A stretch of 64,000 nucleotides of DNA from a phage. The stretch lies in sequence record PV467749.1. The stretch is one strand, 5' to 3'. The position numbers were made by a program, and so were the translations under genes. This document shows positions 29,110 to 38,523 of the stretch, piece after piece. The notes beneath the pieces were generated by a model. That model searched no databases and was not told the origin of the DNA. It was given only the letters and a program-made list of their open reading frames with translations. Position 1 is the stretch's first letter. Each line of letters begins with the position of its first letter.

Positions 29110-29406
29110 TTAGTAGTTACAGTCAGCTTTCGCTGTGAATGTTTTACTTTCACCTCGTTGTGTGGTGATTCGTCCGAGTAAAGTAGTTTTGTCAATAGTC
29201 ATTGTAGTTAGTACTGGAACATTACCTTCAAAGTCAATAGCTTTGAAATTGTAGGTGGTTTCATTCTCCACTACACTTGGACCAAAGAGTTCATATGTGT
29301 TGATTTCAAGTGTGTCACCATCTGAACGCAACAGTGTGCAGTCCAGATTAGGAGTAGCCAGTACTGGGAAAGCCAAACACATCATCATTACAATAATTAA
29401 TTTCAT
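29110..29406 (-). CDS. secreted small protein (two-Cys family)
   Basis: Start moved to MKLIIVMMMCLAFPVLA (aggag SD); mature form ATPNLDC...KADCNY. Confidence 0.65.
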   Translation of the reverse strand: MKLIIVMMMCLAFPVLATPNLDCTLLRSDGDTLEINTYELFGPSVVENETTYNFKAIDFEGNVPVLTTMTIDKTTLLGRITTQRGESKTFTAKADCNY

Positions 29407-29407
29407 T

Positions 29408-29665
29408 TCACTTCTCCTGTTTTTTCTTAGGATCAACCAATGACCAAATGAAGAATCCGAGAATTACAAGTACCCACAGAATCATGATAAAGAAAGCAAA
29501 CAGTACAATAGTATTTGTCAAAAAGAAATACAATAGAATGTTCGACCCAATACTACATACAATCAATGCAGCTTCATGTTTAACAACACGAATGGCTGTA
29601 ATGAGTGCGGGAAGAAATCCGACAAATAACAGTACTAATGCATATAGTGATAATGTTTCAGCCAT
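29408..29665 (-). CDS. small membrane protein
   Basis: 85 aa, three hydrophobic segments. Confidence 0.6.
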   Translation of the reverse strand: MAETLSLYALVLLFVGFLPALITAIRVVKHEAALIVCSIGSNILLYFFLTNTIVLFAFFIMILWVLVILGFFIWSLVDPKKKQEK

Positions 29666-29673
29666 GATATCCC

Positions 29674-29787
29674 TTATTTGGTTTGTTCAACACTAGGTGT
29701 ATTGATATAGGTGTCAATTGAATAACATACTGTACCCACTACAACAGCAGCGATTAGGGCAGTGATGATGAATTTAGTACCTTGCAT
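29674..29787 (-). CDS. 37-aa single-TM peptide (below ORF-track cutoff)
   Basis: Hand translation MQGTKFIITALIAAVVVGTVCYSIDTYINTPSVEQTK; gaggt SD. Confidence 0.45.
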   Translation of the reverse strand: MQGTKFIITALIAAVVVGTVCYSIDTYINTPSVEQTK

Positions 29788-29847
29788 AATTTAATACCTC
29801 ACGTTGTTTGTATTTTGTATCACTTGATGAAAATATTATACGACAAA

Positions 29848-29868
29848 GGGCTGACTGAAGTCAACCCC
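29848..29868 (-). terminator. fused terminator/promoter module copy 5 (variant loop)
   Basis: gggctgactgaagtcaacccc; cgtataat on the minus strand downstream. Confidence 0.6.
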
Positions 29869-30259
29869 TTTTAATTATTTTTTTAAACTTATGTTTTTCG
29901 CCTTCAATAGAGTTCACGATGTCATCATGAATCTTGCGAAGGTTATGAGTTTTCTTTAGTGCTTCATGTAGTGCACGGAATGCTGCGTGTACTGTTGCCT
30001 TGAAGTGCTCTTTAGGAGTCACTTTAAGTTTCTCAATGATATCACGTACATAAATTGGATGATCTTCAAATACACGATTCAATTCATGGCCTAGTGATTC
30101 TAGACTGAAAGCTTTTTCACGTGAAGGACGATCATGTGCAAGACTTTGGTCAGGCTTTAGTAGACCTAGTGAATCAAGATACTTATGCTTATGTGCATTA
30201 TCAATTCCAGAAATATCCACATCATGCGATGGATCTTTCTTATTCCATTTATCAACCAT
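29861..30259 (-). CDS. hypothetical protein, short paralog of ORF 27517-29028
   Basis: KYLDSLGLLKPDQ and IIEKLKVTPKEHFKATV align to the 503-aa protein; aaggag SD. Confidence 0.65.
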   Translation of the reverse strand: MVDKWNKKDPSHDVDISGIDNAHKHKYLDSLGLLKPDQSLAHDRPSREKAFSLESLGHELNRVFEDHPIYVRDIIEKLKVTPKEHFKATVHAAFRALHEALKKTHNLRKIHDDIVNSIEGEKHKFKKIIKRG

Positions 30260-30370
30260 TTCATACTCCTTAAAGAGATAAATTACTTTAATATTTATAC
30301 TTCATGTGCTGTTTATTTCAACAGACACTTAAGATTATATCACATATGAAATGGTTGTTCCAACGTCAAA

Positions 30371-30814
30371 TCAGTACTGTTTAAGTTCTGAACTGAAGAT
30401 AAAGGAATCCATATCTTCTAGTGTTAACTTCAAGTTCGGTGTGTACTTTAATATCACACATTCAGGTTTCTTAATGGCAGCTTGATAGGCAGCAATTGCC
30501 AACTGTTGAAGCTGCTCTGGTGTGTAGTTCATGCGTTCTGCATTGAATACGATGTTCTTAATATCACCACCTGGCAGCTTCTCAAACTCACGCATAACAG
30601 CAGCCATCACATCATCAGATGTATTCTTATAAGCCCAATGAGGTAGTTGCATAACGTCATAAATCTCGCCATTGTCGTTCATAAGAGAGATCCATTTTTT
30701 ACCGTCCGATGAACTAAACAGACGACCTTTAATAGCAATGTTCTCTACCAAATTAACAAAGGCAAATATGTCTTGCTCATTTAGCTCAATGCTATTAACG
30801 TTAATCCAACCCAT
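30371..30814 (-). CDS. hypothetical protein
   Basis: 147 aa; ggag SD. Confidence 0.6.
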   Translation of the reverse strand: MGWINVNSIELNEQDIFAFVNLVENIAIKGRLFSSSDGKKWISLMNDNGEIYDVMQLPHWAYKNTSDDVMAAVMREFEKLPGGDIKNIVFNAERMNYTPEQLQQLAIAAYQAAIKKPECVILKYTPNLKLTLEDMDSFIFSSELKQY

Positions 30815-30827
30815 ACTTCATCTCCAG

Positions 30828-31400
30828 TTATAAATCACGAACGACATTCATTAAACACAATTTGGGCTTTATCGCATTCAAAACCCATATGCATTCTTTG
30901 TAAGTTGCTATTATAGCATCTAAATGCTCAGTTACAATGCTTTCTTGAAAATATTCTTCTTCATTGAGCTTTGCTAAATTAGTTACATCACATGTAGGTA
31001 CTATAGGTCTGGATTGTACACCCATTCCATTATTGATATTGGTAAAATGTAAAAAATTGTACTTCACCACACCTTTATCTACATTTATGATACATGACAA
31101 ATGTTCCAACTCAGTTAGTTCTGTATTACAAGTGACATTAATGAATCCAGCATTATAGGCTCTATAATCATCTACTGATATCTCAAAATCATTACGTTCA
31201 AATATAAGTGAAATGAGTTTGTCTTGTGGTTTAACCTTCTGAAATTTTACCGAATTTACGTATGATACGTTAATCTTAGATGAAATTATCTTTTTACTAA
31301 GTGCAGTTAATTCTTCTTTAGCCTTAAAAGTTAAAGTTATAGGTCTAAATCTAGAACTTTTGTTCTTCTTTGATACTTTGAACTTACCTTTTCTATTCAT
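30828..31400 (-). CDS. hypothetical protein, EE-x-FQ family
   Basis: NEEEYFQESIV motif near the C-terminus. Confidence 0.65.
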   Translation of the reverse strand: MNRKGKFKVSKKNKSSRFRPITLTFKAKEELTALSKKIISSKINVSYVNSVKFQKVKPQDKLISLIFERNDFEISVDDYRAYNAGFINVTCNTELTELEHLSCIINVDKGVVKYNFLHFTNINNGMGVQSRPIVPTCDVTNLAKLNEEEYFQESIVTEHLDAIIATYKECIWVLNAIKPKLCLMNVVRDL

Positions 31401-31454
31401 TAATTAAACCCCACATAAAGTAAAAGGGATGGCATATTACCAACCCTATATCTT

Positions 31455-31691
31455 TTATTTTTTAATAGATTCATAAAGCAGAAACAACCAAATAAACATT
31501 GATGAACAAACTACTACTGGGATTAATGTAAATTCAGTAAAGAATAAAAGTATTCCATAAGTTAGTATGCAACATAAGTTTACGTACATAATTGCTTCTG
31601 CATTTTTATTTTTCATTTTATATGCAATGAATGTTGGTGACCACATTACCAAAAATGCAAACAACGCACATATGATGATTATAGTTTCCAT
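31455..31691 (-). CDS. small membrane protein
   Basis: 78 aa, two or three TM segments. Confidence 0.6.
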   Translation of the reverse strand: METIIIICALFAFLVMWSPTFIAYKMKNKNAEAIMYVNLCCILTYGILLFFTEFTLIPVVVCSSMFIWLFLLYESIKK

Positions 31692-31761
31692 ATTACACCT
31701 CCGTAAAATAATGTTCTGTACTGCTATTATTTACAGAGAATATCTGAAAAATTGATCTAGA

Positions 31762-31986
31762 TCAATTTTTAGTCACTTTACAATTTGAATCTTTTTTGTA
31801 CTGAACAATCACATTGTTCTTAAGGAAGATGATGGTCCCATAGGAACCTTGGGCTGCAACTTCAACAATATGGTTCTTATATGTTTCAGTATACCCTTCC
31901 ATCTCGTTGATACACACTACATGATACTTTGGTTTAGCACATACAACAGTACTCAAGAATAGCAGTACTAGTACTAGATATTTCAT
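31762..31986 (-). CDS. secreted small protein (two-Cys family)
   Basis: MKYLVLVLLFLSTVVCA; HVVC...SNCKVTKN. Confidence 0.65.
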   Translation of the reverse strand: MKYLVLVLLFLSTVVCAKPKYHVVCINEMEGYTETYKNHIVEVAAQGSYGTIIFLKNNVIVQYKKDSNCKVTKN

Positions 31987-32036
31987 TTTATTACCTTATA
32001 AACAAGAACAGGAATCCTTTTACGGATTCCTATAAT

Positions 32037-32330
32037 TTAGTCCTTTAATGTACCATTGTGTAAACGATTATACACATCATTGCGACGCAATTCAACAATA
32101 TCTTCAGCGTACTTCATTGTAAACGCCCATGCTTTTGGATGCACATTAAGCTTCATACGAATGCGATTCTTCATCAATTCACCGCTTAGGCGAACAAACT
32201 CATGAACACCACGACTTCCGTACTCTGAAATCAAATCATTGATGTACATGTTGCGAAGGGTTTCGTCTGTACATTCTTTAACCATTTCTACGTCTGCCAC
32301 GATGCTTGCATTTACTGAAGTACTGATCAT
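32037..32330 (-). CDS. hypothetical protein
   Basis: 97 aa; followed by hairpin ggaatcc-ttttac-ggattcc (32011-32030). Confidence 0.6.
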   Translation of the reverse strand: MISTSVNASIVADVEMVKECTDETLRNMYINDLISEYGSRGVHEFVRLSGELMKNRIRMKLNVHPKAWAFTMKYAEDIVELRRNDVYNRLHNGTLKD

Positions 32331-32341
32331 TTTAAGTTACC

Positions 32342-32608
32342 TTATTTGAATTGGACTGTAATTTTATCACCTTCAACTACGAACTTACAGTCGTAGCGAC
32401 GGGCCATATCCATATACATATGCTCAGAATACCACGGAACATCAATAACTGGATGCTCTGCGTATTGTAGCACTTCACGGTCACCAACAGTAGTGATGAC
32501 GAAAGGAATGTTCATCTCTCGCAAAAACAACTCAGCACCTGGTGAACGATTGACAAACTCAGTGTCGTTACGCAAAGTAAAACCATTGTATTGTAATTTA
32601 AGCTTCAT
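32342..32608 (-). CDS. hypothetical protein
   Basis: 88 aa ORF. Confidence 0.6.
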   Translation of the reverse strand: MKLKLQYNGFTLRNDTEFVNRSPGAELFLREMNIPFVITTVGDREVLQYAEHPVIDVPWYSEHMYMDMARRYDCKFVVEGDKITVQFK

Positions 32609-32622
32609 GATTATCCTCTAAG

Positions 32623-32967
32623 TTAATACCATTCTTTTAAACCATCAAGTTCGGCTATGTGAGTAATTATAACACAGATAACACTCAGGTCAAGCATTAT
32701 TTGCTCATAATTTAATTTTATTCTATCATCATTGTATGCTCGAAAAACAACATCAAAGTCAAAGTAGTTATCGTTTTCATCATTCATTGGAATGATTCTA
32801 TATCTACGTCTACCATCATCATTGAATACAGTCAAACACTGTTTGAATTTCTTCATTAACTGTGTAGTCAATGCATTGTAATATGCAACATCATATTGTG
32901 TACAACGTGGGTCATTGGGTAGATAAAACGATACAAATTTTTTTAATTCTATTTGAGTCTTATCCAT
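32623..32967 (-). CDS. hypothetical protein
   Basis: Start moved to MDKTQIEL (gagg SD; ATGGATAA overlap with the upstream stop). Confidence 0.6.
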   Translation of the reverse strand: MDKTQIELKKFVSFYLPNDPRCTQYDVAYYNALTTQLMKKFKQCLTVFNDDGRRRYRIIPMNDENDNYFDFDVVFRAYNDDRIKLNYEQIMLDLSVICVIITHIAELDGLKEWY

Positions 32968-33400
32968 ATACAGCCTCATGTATTACTCTTTTACTTTGGC
33001 GGTACTCATCCTTTGCTTCTCTCACTGACATGATACGAACCAGATTGGCACTACCACAATAGTACTGAACCTGACTACGACCAATGTCAACATGATTATC
33101 AGGAACTTCATATACTGATACAGCAAACCCTGCACGATGTAATTTACCCAAGTCCATAGTAAAGAACTTAAACAAATCATTCAAACTCTGACAGCCAAAT
33201 GCCCAGCCACGTTTGATTGAATAGATTCCATCTTCAGTTGGTTCTGGTTGGAATTGCGAAGGCGTGGTCATGCACAAACGGTCAAATCCATTTTTAGTAC
33301 TGTATCGTGAAGAGTACCGTGCGAACGGACCTACTGTTTTTGCTGGATCTAAGTTAGGTTCAATATAACTGAATTTAAGTTCAAAACGATATACGTACAT
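32960..33400 (-). CDS. hypothetical protein
   Basis: 146 aa ORF. Confidence 0.6.
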   Translation of the reverse strand: MYVYRFELKFSYIEPNLDPAKTVGPFARYSSRYSTKNGFDRLCMTTPSQFQPEPTEDGIYSIKRGWAFGCQSLNDLFKFFTMDLGKLHRAGFAVSVYEVPDNHVDIGRSQVQYYCGSANLVRIMSVREAKDEYRQSKRVIHEAVYG

Positions 33401-33427
33401 AATTAAAATCCCCAGTATTTGATGAAA

Positions 33428-33461
33428 TAATTATAACAAAAAAGGCTGACCGAAGTCAACC
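33428..33461 (-). terminator. fused terminator/promoter module copy 6
   Basis: ggctgaccgaagtcaacc 33444-33461; aattataac (TTATAAT on the minus strand). Confidence 0.65.
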
Positions 33462-33647
33462 TTTATTTTGAAGTTCTTGAACTAATTGTCGTACTTCTTT
33501 GATGTTATGACACTGCTTTACAGTGAAGTAATCATACTTACGACCATAGGTTCTTGGGTCATCACCTTCCATATACTGCTGCACATCAAAGATTTGTAAG
33601 TAGGGATGCTGCATAACACGAATGTTATCACATTGGTAAATCAACAT
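33456..33647 (-). CDS. hypothetical protein
   Basis: Start moved to MLIYQCDN (gagga SD). Confidence 0.55.
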   Translation of the reverse strand: MLIYQCDNIRVMQHPYLQIFDVQQYMEGDDPRTYGRKYDYFTVKQCHNIKEVRQLVQELQNKG

Positions 33648-33651
33648 ATGT

Positions 33652-34002
33652 TTAGTCCTCATATTTACACAAGCCACCGAATGTTGCCTGTTTTGCTGCC
33701 TTACGCATCATCACAAGTTTAACATACTGTTCACCATTACTTTCTTCATATACATCAACTTGAAGAAATGCAAGCATATTGGGATCAGTATCATTCGAGT
33801 ACTGCGTAAAACTAATGTCACCTACAGTATGTTCTTTAACAAAATTATACACTTCACCATCGATATAAACGATAGTATGGTCATCGCTATCACCTTGGTA
33901 AATGTGTTTAATATCACCTTCAGTACAGACTAGTCCAGGTAATGGTTCTGCATAAGACATACCACATATAATCATACAAACAAAAAACAAAATTACTTTC
34001 AT
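33652..34002 (-). CDS. secreted small protein (two-Cys family)
   Basis: MKVILFFVCMIICGMSYA; GLVC...GGLCKYED; IVYIDGEVYNFVKE aligns to ORF 34393. Confidence 0.65.
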   Translation of the reverse strand: MKVILFFVCMIICGMSYAEPLPGLVCTEGDIKHIYQGDSDDHTIVYIDGEVYNFVKEHTVGDISFTQYSNDTDPNMLAFLQVDVYEESNGEQYVKLVMMRKAAKQATFGGLCKYED

Positions 34003-34382
34003 GATTTGTTTCCTTTGGATAAAATGGATTTCTTCACTTTGTACTGCTTGTAGTTATTATACCAAACATCGATTACATAAATCAAGTACCAAAGTGATGG
34101 ATATAATGATAGACCAATAAAAACTGAAAAAATACTTGTATTAATAAAACCAATACAGTGCAGTGTAAATGCAACGATTAGAATACCAATCGTAATCATA
34201 CTAGCTGAATATGGTACACTATCAGATGCGAACCATGAATCAACCTTACTAATTAAAGTATACTTCCCAGTACTAACAGCATAAACAATTGCTACTATAC
34301 CAAATAATGCCATTGAAATAGTTATTACTGAGTTAATAAGAATCGGAGTAATTAATACATAAAGCATTACATCGTTTATCAT
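33999..34382 (-). CDS. membrane protein
   Basis: 127 aa, four hydrophobic segments. Confidence 0.6.
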   Translation of the reverse strand: MINDVMLYVLITPILINSVITISMALFGIVAIVYAVSTGKYTLISKVDSWFASDSVPYSASMITIGILIVAFTLHCIGFINTSIFSVFIGLSLYPSLWYLIYVIDVWYNNYKQYKVKKSILSKGNKS

Positions 34383-34392
34383 TTGTTATACC

Positions 34393-34758
34393 TTAAAGTT
34401 CACAATGAATATTCAATTTATCAATATCCTGATCTCGTTTGTTCGACGAATCTTGATAAATGACTATGTAAATATCCCCATCCTTTGTCTTGGGGTCCAC
34501 TATCAATATTACATTTGCTATTATACCAGCATCTGATTTATATGTCGATACCTTTTTATTCCCAATCAAACTCTCGGCCCTGAAACGGTAAACCTCATTA
34601 TCTACGACAATATTGTTTCCATTTTGTGGGTCATTAGAAAGTACATGCCATGTTCCATCGTTTCCCATACAATCAAGGTAAGCAGGTACGGCTGTACTGA
34701 ACCTTGAATAAAGCATGAATACTACAAACACCATTATCATTCTTATATATTTTTTCAT
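34393..34758 (-). CDS. secreted small protein (two-Cys family)
   Basis: Start moved to MKKYIRMIMVFVVFML (gaggt SD); YLDC...NIHCEL. Confidence 0.65.
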   Translation of the reverse strand: MKKYIRMIMVFVVFMLYSRFSTAVPAYLDCMGNDGTWHVLSNDPQNGNNIVVDNEVYRFRAESLIGNKKVSTYKSDAGIIANVILIVDPKTKDGDIYIVIYQDSSNKRDQDIDKLNIHCEL

Positions 34759-34836
34759 TATAACCTCTAACGAGCAATACTTCTGCACATATTATTTGTA
34801 CAGAAGTATTTAATACTATTAGAGACTTTTTGAACG

Positions 34837-35163
34837 TTACTTCTTACTAGTTAGTTTATCTTTCAAGATATCAAACCAAATGGAAACTTTACCAGCAAAC
34901 AATGCATTAGTAAACCACACAATACCAACAATATTCTCAACTAAATTCATAATTGAAACAAATGGTCCAATTGGTAATACAAAACTTACTAACCATGACA
35001 GTACTGAAATAAGTACTACAACGAAGAAGATTCGTGCAATGGGTGAGTCTAACATAAACAACTCACGAAACTCATCACGCTCGGTTTCGTCTTTAATGAA
35101 GAATTCGAAAACCATAACCCATAAAAGAATTAGAGCAGGAATTGAAATTAGAACTGATAACAT
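34837..35163 (-). CDS. membrane protein
   Basis: 108 aa, three TM segments. Confidence 0.6.
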   Translation of the reverse strand: MLSVLISIPALILLWVMVFEFFIKDETERDEFRELFMLDSPIARIFFVVVLISVLSWLVSFVLPIGPFVSIMNLVENIVGIVWFTNALFAGKVSIWFDILKDKLTSKK

Positions 35164-35210
35164 GTTTTATATCCTCAAGTTTAAGTATTAAGTTTCAGAC
35201 TACAAGAACC

Positions 35211-35238
35211 ATTATACAGTACTACAAACGTTTGTCAA
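35211..35238 (-). promoter_or_regulatory. sigma70-type promoter
   Basis: Minus sense TTGACA-aacgtttgtagtactg-TATAAT. Confidence 0.65.
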
Positions 35239-35464
35239 CAGGTTTTTCTTCAATAAGCATAAGATAACTGAAGACGAATAGTAATACAGATGCCATATCA
35301 ATAACCGTAAAGCTCACGGGAATGATAATAGACACTAGAACGAGTGCCACGTTTAGCAAGAATACAGTAGTGATATCCACCAGCTTTCGTTTAGTGGCTA
35401 CTGCTACTAGTGTAGGGTAGAACATAAACAATAATGCAACTACAAAACTCAATACTAGATACAT
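35222..35464 (-). CDS. small membrane protein
   Basis: 80 aa, two or three TM segments. Confidence 0.6.
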   Translation of the reverse strand: MYLVLSFVVALLFMFYPTLVAVATKRKLVDITTVFLLNVALVLVSIIIPVSFTVIDMASVLLFVFSYLMLIEEKPVDKRL

Positions 35465-36117
35465 TTCTTTTTCACCTTAAGAAAATTATAACATAAAACA
35501 ACCTCAACATCTGGCTCATCATACAAGTACTCAAAGCGTTCTTTACTACGCTTAGTACCGATGTACTCACCATTCTTATGCCAACGCCACCCACCACTCT
35601 CTGGTTGGTCAGACTTCAGTACTGGATGATAGCACATGACAATTTCTTCTGGACCTTCAATAAGGTTCTTGTACTTCGTCAAAATCTGTTCAAGCGTATC
35701 TGCTACACCATAAGACGGGTGCATAAGATAAGACTCAGGGCGTGGACGACCACTTGGTAGAATGTCATCAGTACTATTAAAGATAGCACGGAAGTCTTCT
35801 GACGTGTATAAACTTCCATCTTCATGGATCATTGGATACTCATCTACTACATCATAATCAGTGAAGTGTTCAATCGCATGTCCTGGTCTGTAACCTGCGA
35901 GGATACCTGTATGTTTCGTCTGTACAATAGTCATAACAGATGTACTATTGTTTACATTAGGATCATGAATTTCAGCCCAAAAAGGATGATGAGGATCAAA
36001 TTTAGCATTAACTAAAGTACAATCACCAATGTAGTCGAAATTAGTTTCTTTAAAGTTCAAAGAAACACCACGCAATGCCCAATCAGGAGAAGTGATGAAA
36101 TTAAGATTAACTAACAT
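35455..36117 (-). CDS. hypothetical protein
   Basis: 220 aa; gagga SD. Confidence 0.65.
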   Translation of the reverse strand: MLVNLNFITSPDWALRGVSLNFKETNFDYIGDCTLVNAKFDPHHPFWAEIHDPNVNNSTSVMTIVQTKHTGILAGYRPGHAIEHFTDYDVVDEYPMIHEDGSLYTSEDFRAIFNSTDDILPSGRPRPESYLMHPSYGVADTLEQILTKYKNLIEGPEEIVMCYHPVLKSDQPESGGWRWHKNGEYIGTKRSKERFEYLYDEPDVEVVLCYNFLKVKKKCI

Positions 36118-36150
36118 AGTATCCTCAGTTGCAGTTGTTTTTTGATGTAG

Positions 36151-36366
36151 TTATTGTATCAAAGACGTGTCAATTTGTACAACATTTATTGTAACTATTT
36201 CGTACATATATTCAATTGCATTGAACTCTGCATACCACTCTACAATCTCACAAGCAGCATCAACTTGGGTTTTCGCATTAACACGTCTGGCATAGGTACT
36301 GCTCATTTTGAATCTACCATATTCATAGACATTGTAGACACCATGACACCACCACATCTTAGTCAT
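36151..36366 (-). CDS. hypothetical protein
   Basis: Start moved to MTKMWWCHG (ATGACTAA overlap with the upstream stop). Confidence 0.5.
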   Translation of the reverse strand: MTKMWWCHGVYNVYEYGRFKMSSTYARRVNAKTQVDAACEIVEWYAEFNAIEYMYEIVTINVVQIDTSLIQ

Positions 36367-36577
36367 TAATGCTAGGCCATACAGTGAATTGTAAGTCTTG
36401 GTATTCAAATTTACCAATATCATTCTTCTTACGGAATGATTCTTCAACCTGAATTTCTGCGTCGTACTGACCATCGGCCTTTACTACGTACTTAAAATAT
36501 TCTACATGTGAAAAACGATACCCTTCTCCGTCTTGCTTGGATACTTGTACTGACCCTTCAACTAGATATAAATTCAT
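36359..36577 (-). CDS. hypothetical protein
   Basis: 72 aa. Confidence 0.55.
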   Translation of the reverse strand: MNLYLVEGSVQVSKQDGEGYRFSHVEYFKYVVKADGQYDAEIQVEESFRKKNDIGKFEYQDLQFTVWPSIND

Positions 36578-36580
36578 TTG

Positions 36581-36802
36581 TCATTCTCCATCATATTCAG
36601 TGAGTATTACACTATGTACGGTTTCAATATAGCGTTGTGTTTTTGATGTGTTGTACTTAGTTACTTCATCAAACAATTTAAATAGTGCATGTGTTGGACT
36701 TAATGCACGAACAAATACATCAATCTTCTGTACTTCTTTCTTATAACCACGTACATTATTAAACTCAGATACATGCTCATACACAATGTAGTAACGATTC
36801 AT
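36581..36802 (-). CDS. hypothetical protein
   Basis: 73 aa. Confidence 0.55.
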   Translation of the reverse strand: MNRYYIVYEHVSEFNNVRGYKKEVQKIDVFVRALSPTHALFKLFDEVTKYNTSKTQRYIETVHSVILTEYDGE

Positions 36803-37314
36803 ATATTAAGTAGTTCCATAAATTCATCGATCAAGGAAGTTCTAATGCACATAACAAATTCAAAATCAACATCGATAGTATCGAGTAGTTTGAACAACTT
36901 TGGTACATTTGGATCATTCAACTGGAAGTTATGAATCAAGCTCTGTTGAAACACACTTTCTTCAGTACTGTAATCAATAACAAAATATTCAGCTACACCT
37001 GGAGGTGAATAAACATCATATAATATCTGACGTTTATTGTGTGTTTCTGAACCAGGACAATATATAAGTTCTATTTCATATGAACCTGCCGAGGATCTAT
37101 CATAAAACACAATTTCAGTACTGATTATTTCACTACCATCACTTCGTTCATGAAAACATACATCGGCATATCGTTTGCCATTTGGCTTCAAAATCTCATG
37201 AGTTGTTTTACCATAACATTTATCAGTTTCAATGTGAATTTTGTCTTGATATTCAGAACGTCTTACATCATTTCCACGATTAAACAATAAGATCAACAAC
37301 TCATTAATATCCAT
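36799..37314 (-). CDS. hypothetical protein
   Basis: 171 aa; ATGA overlap. Confidence 0.6.
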   Translation of the reverse strand: MDINELLILLFNRGNDVRRSEYQDKIHIETDKCYGKTTHEILKPNGKRYADVCFHERSDGSEIISTEIVFYDRSSAGSYEIELIYCPGSETHNKRQILYDVYSPPGVAEYFVIDYSTEESVFQQSLIHNFQLNDPNVPKLFKLLDTIDVDFEFVMCIRTSLIDEFMELLNI

Positions 37315-37514
37315 TATTTCGCCTCGATAACCTTAAGGTTAACAAAATCACCTTTTACTTTCATGCATTTGAATTCAGTGCGAGTTTCATCCCCACTATC
37401 GCGAGGCCAATGAGTAGCAGAGTAGCACTGGTCTGGTGTTTTATATACACCTTCACCAATAGTACGAGTGATTTCACCATTGGTGAGAACTACTGCGAGA
37501 TATAAAGTAAACAT
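37314..37514 (-). CDS. hypothetical protein
   Basis: Start moved to MFTLYLAV so that it does not overlap the 50-aa ORF upstream. Confidence 0.5.
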   Translation of the reverse strand: MFTLYLAVVLTNGEITRTIGEGVYKTPDQCYSATHWPRDSGDETRTEFKCMKVKGDFVNLKVIEAK

Positions 37515-37518
37515 GATA

Positions 37519-37671
37519 TTCGCCTTAGAATAATTTATTAATAATAATAGCACCCAACGCAAGAACTGCAATAATTACAGATACCCACATTACTGCATTC
37601 ACTGTACCAGTTAGTTCTTTATCAAACTCCCTGCACTTCTTACGGTACTCTTCCCACTCTTTGTTATTCAC
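37519..37671 (-). CDS. 50-aa C-terminally anchored TM peptide (below cutoff)
   Basis: Hand translation (GTG)NNKEWEEYRKKCREFDKELTGTVNAVMWVSVIIAVLALGAIIINKLF; GTGA overlap with the upstream stop. Confidence 0.4.
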
Positions 37672-37883
37672 ACTGCCGCTCCTAATAGGTCGGTAGCTTT
37701 CTTCAGTACTACGTCAATTGTTTCCAGTACTGCACCTTTGTGTTCAATTGATACAATATTATTATAAGTATCAAGGTCCAAGTACTCCATGTATTCAGTT
37801 TTGAATACACGAACATCAGTACTAGTGATTTTAATATCACAACCTTTATCCCAAATAACCTGCATCATTTCATTGGTAGTCAT
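37668..37883 (-). CDS. hypothetical protein
   Basis: 71 aa. Confidence 0.55.
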   Translation of the reverse strand: MTTNEMMQVIWDKGCDIKITSTDVRVFKTEYMEYLDLDTYNNIVSIEHKGAVLETIDVVLKKATDLLGAAV

Positions 37884-38158
37884 TATTCAACCTTATCATA
37901 AACAAGTTTGTGTGTGCTTAGTACTTTGTTGAGATGTCCAGGGCATTCATATACATACAATCTCTCCTGACGTTTTTCCCAACCACCACAGATACGACCT
38001 GATTGTGTACATACCTCATACTCGTTAATAAAAGACTTACCTGTGAATGTACAATCCTGACGAACTAAGTCTTTTGCACTAAACCTGCCGTCATCATTAC
38101 ATGCTGTAAGAAACATTGTACAGAATACAAAGACAACTGTCAATAGTTTTTTAATCAT
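37883..38158 (-). CDS. putative lipoprotein
   Basis: MIKKLLTVVFVFCTMFLTAC: signal peptide plus lipobox L-T-A-C. Confidence 0.7.
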   Translation of the reverse strand: MIKKLLTVVFVFCTMFLTACNDDGRFSAKDLVRQDCTFTGKSFINEYEVCTQSGRICGGWEKRQERLYVYECPGHLNKVLSTHKLVYDKVE

Positions 38159-38523
38159 TGAACATCACCCCAACGGAAACCTTTCATATAATTCAAATTC
38201 ACCTCAACGAGTTCATGTGTTTTTGTGCACCAAATGGAGAGAGTTTTTGTAACATCACCAGGTTCAGATTCATAATTCACACAATAACCTTCAATGCGTA
38301 GAGTTTTGTTAGTCCAATGTTCCCACTCAATCCAAATTTCATTTGGATAATAAACCATATCTTCTTTGAACGTATGGAATTGATCCATTGGTAAATGACC
38401 TTTAACTTCAATTACTTCAGCACTTCGAGCCAGTTTTTCAAGCTTGTACTTTATTTCAGCAAGATATTCTTCATCATTCAGACGAGTTAATAAATCTGTT
38501 GCACGGGTTGTATCAAGGCTCAT
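38155..38523 (-). CDS. hypothetical protein
   Basis: 122 aa. Confidence 0.6.
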   Translation of the reverse strand: MSLDTTRATDLLTRLNDEEYLAEIKYKLEKLARSAEVIEVKGHLPMDQFHTFKEDMVYYPNEIWIEWEHWTNKTLRIEGYCVNYESEPGDVTKTLSIWCTKTHELVEVNLNYMKGFRWGDVQ

